64,000 bases of DNA from Tubiluchus corallicola (lineage: Eukaryota; Animalia; Priapulida), in contig JAQGDQ010000112.1 in NCBI GenBank assembly GCA_030141605.1, positions 62,001-126,000 on the forward strand. Direction: 5' to 3'. Made by a program: the position numbers and the translations under genes. Of this stretch, positions 54,035-64,000 are shown piece after piece. The notes below the pieces were generated by a model. It was not told the DNA's origin, ran no database searches, and saw only the letters and a list, made by a program, of their open reading frames with translations. Numbering within the stretch: the stretch's first letter is position 1; each line of letters begins with the position of its first letter.

Positions 54035-55169
54035 GTGTGTGTCTGTCTGTGTGTCTGTCTGTCTGTCTGTGTCTGTCTATTAAGTAGCCAGGCAGGTAAC
54101 AATCGAGAAACAGGTAGCCGGGCCAGACAATTAGGCTAACGTCAACTATTAAGCCATTCAATGATTGGCTGACTGATCAACCAACTAACTAAGCTGAACC
54201 GACAACCCACCAATCATACAATTACAATCAACCAAGCAGGAAATTTACCATGTGTAGTAATACAAAGAAATCGTGTGTCAAATTTTGTTTAATTTTGACA
54301 TCCTCTTCCACAGTAAAAAGTCAAACTGATTTGTCGAGGGCACGACAGTCTTGCAATTTCTTAAATTGCTCAAGCGGGATAAAGTCAGAGACTGTAGAAT
54401 AAGTGAAACCAAAGCCTTTCAATTTCAAAAACTGCTGATGAAATCACATTTAGTTTGCAGCAAATGTAGCAACAGTTGAAATCGTGTCACCAATACGAGT
54501 TTTAAATTAGATGATTTAAAACATCGTAGAGAGATTTGATAGCTAAGGTCGTTTGTTCAGGCTTTAAGATGCGATGCTGTCGTTTAACTGGCTTCTTTGC
54601 GAAAGTTTCAGAGATAAGACTTCATTTCACCTCCGGGTCTTTAATTTTTTCAAGAGCGTCTTCCTTTTTAATTAAAAACGATATAAATCAATTATTAATT
54701 AACTGAGGCATTCGCGTTAATATCAAGTTATCGTTAGTGATCATTGGCGTTTAGTTTGTAAGCCGAAAGTCTTTGGTTAAAATCCGGTTGCAACCCAATT
54801 TTTATACATTTCTATTTTTCAAGTTTAGTTGCAAAATTAAAATTGTGGGTTCATACCATCATTAAATCTTAACATTATTATATCTTACGCTAGCAAGTAT
54901 TATAATAAAACTGTTAATAACACATTAGTTAAGAATGTCGTCTTCATATGCATGGCTGTCATGTAAAGGACGGTCTAAACAAAGATTTTTGGGCGAAATA
55001 GACTTCAGCAAGGTCCTAAAAAGTCAAAACCTAAAAAGTGTTCTCTTCTGATCAGGCTATTCATCCTTTTCATGACCTGTTTATGTTTTCCGTCTTCAAA
55101 GAAGTTGGCTTCCCTACATATGAAACGTACCAACGAAGTTGGCTTCGCCACATATGAAATGTGACATGA

Positions 55170-55435
55170 GAAATAGGATTGTTCGCATTACCGTCTGATT
55201 ATCCTTCTGACAATCATCAATAAAGTATTTGAAGCCATACTAAATGATCATTTACTAGGTTTCATGGACCACGGTGACCTTCTTATTGAAGTGCAATATG
55301 TCTTTCACACGTCTTCCTCCACTGTTACTGTGTTTTCGGTAATCGGGGTCTTACAGCCTTAGAACACCAGGGCGAGGCCATGTTGATAATCATGCACATA
55401 TCTAAGGATTTATTCAAGTTTGGCATAACGATTTT
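55170..55435 (+). mobile_element. CR1-like RT fragment
   Basis: YRLIILLTIINKVFEAILN..LL.EVQYVFH..SST..ALEHQGEA....HISKD, a decayed YRPISLL/QYGFR/DISKAF series. Confidence 0.7.
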
Positions 55436-56694
55436 GTTCTATCTTTAATAATAATAATTATTATTATCATCACCATCATTATTGTCGTTATTATCATTGT
55501 CGTCGTTATCGTCGTAGTCATCATCGTCATCATCATCATCATCATCCCAACTATGTATGAAACTATTATCAGTATTCCTGGAGGCTCTGCATTAGAACAG
55601 AATCCATTTCTATACTTTTTACCTATTACAAAGATACTTTTTATTTTCTTTTATTTTGATTATATCAGTATGTGTAACGCCACATTACAAACATAATTAT
55701 TGGTGAAACAAATTAGAAGACTAACTCATAAGATTTAAAAATAACTTAGCCTAAAAACCAGTATAGCAGAGATGGTCTGTTTAAATTATCTATCTATGTT
55801 GATGATGCTAATTCGTTGCCGCATCGCATCATTCAGCATCTACTGATTAGAAACGTCTCAAATGTTTGAAACGAATCTTAAGTCGGCCATGAACTGAGAA
55901 CGAGTCCACGAGATTGGATTGGTGCTTAATGCAAAAACTAAGAACGTGTTCATTTTGGAACTAAAAACGGAATGTCTGCCTACTGTGCATCCGTGCTTTT
56001 CCTGATCGGTATTACGATTTTAAATGAGAGAAATATCTTGCAGTGGAGTGAGAAGTGACCAAGAATTATAACAAAATGGTATTCAAAAAATATTTCATTT
56101 TTGATATTTGAAATTTAATAGGTTCGTGGAGAGGCATTAAACTGCTTTTTCACAGAAACGACTAATTACTAATTCCTGCATATTATTGAATTTATTTAAA
56201 AAAGAACTTAAAAAGTTTCCCCAAGTAAACGTAGCATGAAAGTAACGATATTTGAATTGACAATAAGGCCTATTTTGAAACCATTATAGAGTGCGTCAAC
56301 TATATCTATGACGTCGCTTCCGGCGTTTGACTACAATGAACGATTAAACAACAACGGCTGAAAACCTTTAGTAATAAAATAATATAAATAAGTAAATTTA
56401 AATATACAAATTTCTTATATTTAAATTTACTTTTTCATACTTTTTTAACTTTGTCATTTTTAGTCTCTTACTTAGTACATCACTTGAATAGTTTGATTAC
56501 TCAATTTGTTAAACTCATTTACTCAAAATGAGCGGTATCAGAGTACACAATATATACATTTTCAATATACTTACTTAACGAAACCTAAAAATCGAAAATT
56601 AATTACTCAGATCATCCAAGTTACTTAGTTTACATATGGGGTTGCCCGGATTACTGATTTTGAGTGTCAAGTGCGCTGTTTACTCAAGCTAAAT

Positions 56695-56983
56695 ATTGCC
56701 CTCTTGAGTAAGCTGGATTTTTTTTGAATCCCAAAAGAAATTTTTTTTTATAAATTCTGAGTACATGTAACTACGTACTCAGCTATTGATTCTGAGTAAT
56801 ATATAAATCTTTCAGTGAACACTGCACACTGAACACCGATTGCCCTCTTGAGTAAGCTGGATTTTTTTTGAATCCCAAAAGAATTTTTTTTTTATAAATT
56901 CTGAGTACATGTAACTACGTACTCAGCTATAGATTCTGAGTAATATATAAATCTTTCAGTGAACACTGCACACTGAACACCGA
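56695..56983. repeat. near-perfect 144-bp tandem duplication
   Basis: ATTGCCCTCTTGAG...GAACACCGA starts at 56695 and again at 56839. Confidence 0.92.
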
Positions 56984-59900
56984 ATACTCTATCATCGGCG
57001 TTGATCCATTAACACTTTTTCAGATTACATCGAAGTAACGTAATGCTATTGTCACTAATTATCCTAGTATGAAAAATGACGCGGAAAGTCATCAAGTTTT
57101 GCTAATCGTGGAAGCCCAAAGCAGCTTCATAGTAACCTTACCGCAGGTGATACATTGTCACTGAACCACAGGACAATAAGCGTAATGTGACGTTTATAAT
57201 TCATGGTTCTGCCATTAACGTAAGTTGTTATCACGTATCATTTACATGACAACGTTATGAAGTCGTGTGCGCCGCAAAGAGTTGACAATGATGAAGGAGA
57301 GAGTAATTGAATTAGGCAGCTAACAGGTAGAATATGCCAACTGATTGTTGTAATAGAATATGTGTGTTTGTCTAACACTACAATAAGCTAACAGATGTTT
57401 TTATGTACTAGGAATGTAACAGAATTATTCGTTTTCTCTGCTTATGATGCTGTTTTTATTTTCGTCTAGTGGCAGAATCAGGTTGGTAGGGTGCTTCTTT
57501 AATGTCTGTGTCAAATGCATACGTTATGATCAGTATAAATTTTAATACCTACGTTTTAATAGATTTAATTACTTTTACCATGAATTTATTTACAACTTTT
57601 TCCTTGTTATCTGGCAGAATATTAGTGTTTGTCACATAATGTAAAATTTCTAATGTATAAATTGACGTGTGTTTAGCTTTTCAACCCTGGAGGTGTATCA
57701 TCAATTATACACTTCTATCTGGGACTTTGGCCTTTAAAATTTTGTTGTTAATTGCAATAAAGTTTAAAATAAAATAAAATAAAATAAAATCCTGGAACTT
57801 TTCAAAAAAGTTGCTGTTTGTATGATCAGCCTAAAATCATATTGAAACTGAATTTGTTAAAAGTGAATATATTTTACAAATACCGAGTAACCTAACATAA
57901 TTTACCTAAGAGGTTTTGCACTTGTAAAATTCAAAATGATATGAAATAAATGCGCAATCGAACGTTGAAAATCCCGACCATAATTAAGAAGATTGCATAT
58001 TAAAAATGGCTATGATTAATTATGGTTGTGATTTCGAACGTCGAATACGTTTTATTTTACCTATTCTTTGAAAAATTGGAGTTTCAAAAGTTCAGAAGAG
58101 CGCTAACCAAATTCAGGTACTGCTTCATTCTTAGTTTATTTCATACCATTTTAACTTTCACAAATCTGGACCTCTTATGTAAGTTATGCTGGACAAAAAT
58201 CATGTTACATTACACAGCATTTGTAAAATTTATCCAACTTTAATTCTTTCAATTTTAATCTATTTTTAGCCTGATGTAAAGAGTAACTTTGTGAAACGTT
58301 CCAGGCTTGTTTTTTTTTTGTCTTGTTTTTTTCGTAAATTCTCTTAACCTTTACAATTACACCAGATCTACGGAACATCTATGTTCCATCTTGGTGTTTT
58401 TAATGCGCCGTGCTTCTGTGTTTGTTCTATATACATGCTTGTATCTTTATGGTGTGTTATTTTGATGTGTTAATATTTTAATAATATAAATAAGAAACTC
58501 CCCAAAAATTACAATTAATTCTGTGTCACACAGAGAAAGGCGTAAGGAGCAAGTCATAATCCGTAATCGGGAGGCCTCTTTCGTCTTCGTTCAGCGTTTA
58601 TCATAAATCCGCGTTATGCTTCTTACTCTGCGTGAATATTAAGGGCGCAATCCTTTTCCGTTTCCGTTTGCCTTAATCTGCTTCCACGGGATGTATGAAT
58701 CAATAAATTTTTAAAAGTAATTTGTTAGTTTACCTGTTTCAAAATAGGTCAACCACTGAATCTGGTTGCTTTGTTTTACATAGTTGCAAATTTTATTCAT
58801 ACAACTTAAGGTAATTTTGCTCATTACAGAATAACAGATCTCACTAAAAATATTTCAATATGTAAATTATAATAATTTTCGCGTATCTAATTACAGTATT
58901 AATAAAATATAGTGTTTAAAAATTGGTTCTTAATGTTTATGACACTTTTCTGTTTTGAATAAATGCCCCGTTATGATAGAAATGAATTGTGAGTCGTCAA
59001 AAGCACAAGCACCCTAATTGCTTTTGCGGTGACCAAAAACGCCTTAAGTGAAATTAATGGCCAGTTTCATTTCGCAACAAGTTGGCGAATGGGTGACCAG
59101 TGTGACCATTGGTTTGCATAATTATGTTCATTTTTCGTGAGGCGGATTTTTCGTCATGGCTTACGCCTTACGGGTTATGTCCAGCTCTGTGTGGCCACGG
59201 TCCTTAAAAATTCCTTACGATTCTTGTCCTTTTTTGCTTACCTGAAGATAAGCAGCAGCAGCAGCAGCGGCGGCGGCAGCGGCGGCTTAAACGTGATTTT
59301 CCTTTTTCTCCTTGTTTTTAATTGTGGGTTTTTTTAGTTCATCAATTTATTGGAGCTGTTAGTTTACAATTTTACATAATCAGCTGTTCACTGAAACAAT
59401 ATTTTTCAAACAATAAGCGGCTTCTTAATTTCTTGTAATATTCTATGACATGCAAGGTTTTCTTCTTGGACATAATTAATACCATGGATTACTTACATAA
59501 ATGCTTATTTGTAGGATTATCCGTTTCTTGTCAGTACGATTTTCGTAGCAAATTTGATAAGTGTCCATGATTGTCAAATTCTTCATTCTTAAAAACAAAC
59601 TAACCCTTCCCTATAATATCAGCTTCTACAACTTAAAATCCTACTCTCATTACGAATGTTCGAAAAACCGCCATTTTTTGTTGTGCGAAGCGAATGACGC
59701 TATGAGTACAGTCACCAAAGATCGGCAACCAGAGAGGCTTTTTCTGCACCTCGTACGTCATTCTCGTTCACTCGCGCCTAAGACGCGAAACATGGCGAAT
59801 TTTACGACAATGAGCGCTTTCGAATTTCGCCAGAAAAAGTAAGTTATTTAATTCATAAGTCTCATTTGTTTAACTATGAATTTTTTGTGTAATTTTAATG

Positions 59901-60329
59901 ACGCGTTAAAAAACTTCGATGTCTGTTGGGGTTATAGAAGCCTTTAATAATTTAATCAACAATCTCTGCAAATATGAATGTAAAAGAGGCAAATTTATCA
60001 TGATTAAATGCCAATTTTAGCCGCTGGGTCATTGGGGCATAAATGTAGGATTATCAATTCCTCGTCAGCACAACTTTCTTGCAATTGGGAGTACCAGGAA
60101 CCACCGGCAGGGCAGAGGATGAATGAAACATTAAGAGCTTATTTACCAATTATATAATATTAACAGAGTCTTATGGCCGACTTACCGGTTTCTTTTGTGA
60201 GGTCACGCAATTGGCTCAGTGTTCCGGCGTGAGATTATCGTTGCAATAATCGCTAATTGAACGCAACCAATTGCTGTTAAGCGAAACCAAACCGCTGAAG
60301 CCAAACTGGTCGATTTATGCGCGGGTGAA

Positions 60330-60860
60330 GTGCGGTGGTGAACTTAGCGAAATGCAGGTGTTAACGTATTTAAGTACTGATAAGGTTTACTTTGCGAAAA
60401 CCTGGTCCTTAAAATTGTTAAGTAGTTATAAGGTTTACTTTGCGAATTCCTGGTGCTAAACGTTGTTAAGCAAAGATAAAGTTTACTTAGCAAAACCTGG
60501 TCCTTGGAATTGTTAAGTTGTGATAAGATCTACTTAGCGAAATCCTTGTGCTATAATCAGTTAATTAGTAATAGAGTGTACTTATGTACACCAAATGTAG
60601 CCAAAAAAAATAATAATGCAGGCAAATCCAGTTGCTAAAAGTAGTTAGGAAATAACTAGGTTTATTTAGTGAAAAACAGATACTAGAAGTAGTTAAGTAG
60701 TTATAAGGTCTAGTGAAATCCAGATGCTAAAATAGATTAGTAGTAAGGATTCGTATAGCGAAATCCAAGTAAAATTAGTTAAATAGTAATAAGGTTGCTT
60801 AACGAAATCCGGTGCTAGAAGTATATGTGCAGTAACAGGGTTGAAAAACTATAAGTCTTA
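60330..60860. repeat. degenerate 48-bp minisatellite (~11 copies)
   Basis: ATAAGGTTTACTTTGCGAAAACCTGGTCCTTAAAATTGTTAAGTAGTT; starts at 60380, 60428, about 60477 and 60523. Confidence 0.8.
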
Positions 60861-61687
60861 AATAGTAAGGTAGGCACTCAACTTGTATGGACACTCTCAT
60901 GCCTGGGAATAAATTTACTTTTTAATTTTTATAGTTTAATCTGATTCTAATTTAAACAAAGATAATAATTTTTTTACTGATGCGAAATATAATTAAATAT
61001 GCTATGACTTTGCTGTATTACAGAATTGGAAAAATGATTAAAAAACAGCGCGTCAGAATAAAATGTCATATGAATAGATCGCTTTTTCGTCACACCCTGT
61101 AGCAGATCTCCATCTTGTTTGAACATGCATGCTTAATGGGTTTTTTACCCTCGGAACAACCCTGGAATGGTCTGATGTAGAGCCCCGAGCTTCTCTTCCT
61201 ATGATGTAAAGAGCCCCGAGCTTCTCTTTCTGTGATGTAAGGAGCTCTAAGGATCTCTTCCTGTCATTTATTCATCCTCTGCCCTGCCGGTGGTTCTGTT
61301 CACCATTACAGATCTGTTTCTGATTTCCTGCTATAATAATTTCATTCCATCTTTCAAGAAGTAAAACATTTCTGTCAAAGAATGCATTAGAAGTATGGGG
61401 TTTAGTATAGGACAAGCTAGCTCAAACGTGAAAACGAAAAGAAATGGTTGAGATCTGTTAATATAATTGGAGCAACTTTTTTTTCGGGATATTAAAATAG
61501 GTAACAAATCTTACAAACAGTAACTGTGATCTGTGTAAGTTAAAGTAACAAAACCAATCAAAATATTAACAATAAATGCCATTTCGCCAAAAAAACTAAA
61601 GATTAATATAAGAAAAAGAATAAGATTAAAGCAATTTATGTAGGAAAAATCGTAGTATAAGTCAATTTACACAGCTCTCACAGAATT

Positions 61688-62295
61688 ATAAGAAAAAAAC
61701 AACTTTTATTGAAGTTGTTTTCTAAAGAAAAGTTTTAATAAAAGTTGTTTTCTTCTTATAAAACCGTAGTATTTTTAATGACAACTTTGTTTTAAAGCAG
61801 TAAATACTTTAAGTACAATCACTATACAGATGTTTCGACATGACAGTCGTCTTCCACAGTAAACGAATTGAAAAAAAAACAGAATATTATATAAGCAGAT
61901 CATAAACAGACTAACTAGGCAGTTAAACTGATATTAGCGCTAATAGTAAACAAGTCTGTACGACAAACATACAAACTACACAGGCTTGTAGAGAATTGAC
62001 TTTTATTAATTAAAACTACGCTAGTTCTTTTTGTATAGGCCTGTCTAGTCTGTCTAGTTTGCATAGTGTTTGTCGTATATGCTTGTTTACCTTAATGCTT
62101 CTTCCGGTTAACATGTGTAATTAGTCTGTCCAGACTCTGACTGTATAGTAAAATGTCACGTAGTCGTCACGTCTGTATAGATTCTAAAGTTTTTAATGTC
62201 TTAATAACGAATTGAAGAAGCATTTGTTAGTACTTTTCAACAAAGTTGTCTTAAAAATAATGAAGATTAATGTTTTGTAGAAACAACTTCAGTAA
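61688..62295. repeat. ~600-bp degenerate inverted repeat centred near 62010
   Basis: gtaaacaagtctgtacgacaaaca / tgtttgtcgtatatgcttgtttac; atttttaatgacaactttgtt / aacaaagttgtcttaaaaat. Confidence 0.7.
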
Positions 62296-62629
62296 ATGGC
62301 GCATTAACTGCTCCTGAAGGGACAATAATAAGATGAACAGCAAGAATACAAGATGCTTTAATAAGCAAAAGCAATTTTCCTGATGAGCTGCAGCTCTTAT
62401 TTCAGTCTTACAATAATTATTATTTCAATGGTTATAGAATTTCGCACAGAAGGTACAGAGAAGATTGCAATTTGATAAACTACCCACTAGAGTCTGTTTA
62501 CCTGTTCTAACTATAATACGAGTGTTTTGATAATCTACAATTTAATATAAACAAATTAGCTTTAACTTAATTTAGTTTGGTTGAATTTGGTTTGTAGTTT
62601 GGTTTAATTTCGTTTACTTTAGTTTAGTT

Positions 62630-63125
62630 GAGTGTAGCGTAGTGTAGTGAAGTGTACTGTAGCGTAGTGTTGTGTAATGTAATGCAGCGTTGAGTAGTGT
62701 AGCGTTGTGTAGTGTGTAGTGTAGTGAAGTGTAGTGTAGCGTAGCCCCGTGTTGTGTAATGTAGTGTAGTGTAGTGTAGTGTAGCGTAGTGTAGCATAGC
62801 GTAGTGTTGTGTAATGTAATGCAGCGTTGAGTAGTGTAGCGTTGTGTAGTGTAGTGTAGTGTAGTGTAGCATAGTGTAGTGTAGCGTAATGTAGCGTAGC
62901 GCAGTGTTGTGTAATGTAGTGTAGTGCAGTGTAGTGTAGTGTAGTGTAGTGTAGTGTAGTGTAGTGTAGTGTAGTGTAGTGTAGTGTAGTGTAGTGTAGT
63001 GTAGTGTAGTGTAGTGTAGTGTAATGTAGTGTAGTGCAGTGTTGTTGTGTTATGTAATGTAGCGTAGCGTAGGGCAGTGTTGTGTTGTGTAGTGTAGTGT
63101 TGTACAGTGTAGTGTAGCATAGGGT
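62630..63125. repeat. (GTAGT)n pentamer microsatellite with variant blocks
   Basis: direct reading. Confidence 0.95.
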
Positions 63126-64000
63126 ACTACAGTGTAGGTATAGTTTAATGTAGTATATTCTTCTTAGTACGTTGCTTTGCATTGTTCGTCTTGGCTTCCT
63201 TACTATACTTTACTTTACTTTATACTTTCATTTGGTTTGGTTTGATTTCATTTAGTTTAAAGTTTATTTATTCACATCAACTCAATGAATGTATTGTATT
63301 ACAATAATTCGTATATGTAATTGTTTGTCTCCTACTTTGGCGTATTTATATTATTATTGCATGGAGGACGGATACATCATAATGTCTCAAATTCTGCTGA
63401 CACAGAATTTCTTGTCTGTCTTGACTAGAACTGAAAGTTACAGTTATGAAAGCACGTTGCAAAACACAGAATTGTTGCGCTTCCGTACAAATCGAATTAC
63501 TACTTTTAGTATGCGAGCAGTAACTCAAATTTGGAAAGTTCCCGTGAAAATAATTTATGTTAAGGCAGAAATGCTCGGACTCACGCCCACAGCGGCTTGC
63601 TAAGATTTGGTTTCGAAATGTTGTCCTTGCCTTGCTTCGCATTGAGTAATTAAACGATTTGACTTGATGATTTCCTTAACTGGAGATTTCTCGTGTGCTA
63701 GATCGACTTTGCACGAGTCTTTTTTTGTCATTTTGAATGCAGAATCTCTAGTTCTGCATGAAGTTTCGAATGATCATAGCTTCGTATACAAATTGCAGAT
63801 TTTGGGAATATTTCTTTGTATGCATTTGCTCATCAGTAAAGAGAAAATTACTTTGTTACGGAGTTTAACTTTCGTTGCATAACGTTAGATTGTAAATGTG
63901 GCTGTCCAGGTGGAAATGAAGGAACAAACTAAGGAATAGCTAGTAGACTATATTATGATGTTGAGCGGAATATGCTGATTCGCTCCGTCGCGGCATATAT

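Noticed and set aside
54735-54800. tRNA gene
   Set aside because: Only a degenerate anticodon/T-arm-like stretch; no complete cloverleaf, at best a SINE relic
58040-58200. LINE C-terminal relic (FRRALTKFR..LCKLC)
   Set aside because: Only two short motifs; insufficient to call
63560-63850. Mariner transposase N-terminus on minus (VKEIIKSNRLITQ)
   Set aside because: Similarity too short and broken to support without a search

Overview
AT-rich, microsatellite-laden animal (invertebrate-like) nuclear DNA; it is not prokaryotic. The only convincing host gene is the 3' part of a DC-STAMP-domain, C-terminal Cys-finger gene most like DCST2 (SPE-42/sneaky sperm-fusion family). I reconstructed it by hand as 10 phase-compatible GT-AG exons on + (553-19127, about 625 aa); its 5' end lies upstream of the window. 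Its introns and the remaining ~45 kb are dominated by mobile-element debris: an APE-RT non-LTR family with CCHC knuckles (several copies), RTE-X, CR1 and L2-like 3' fragments, a Penelope-like element with a hammerhead-ribozyme-like motif, Tc1 and maT/DD37D remnants, mariner-, hAT- and Kolobok-type MITEs, and SINE relics. The most notable structures are: (i) the APE-RT family, repeatedly found inside microsatellites, with a conserved 3' stem-loop and a three-tail insertion knot at 50.7-51.2 kb; (ii) a three-tier higher-order 37-bp palindromic satellite filling the last DCST2 intron; (iii) a MITE end sitting 6 nt from a DCST2 3' splice site. All calls are by eye; no database search was run.
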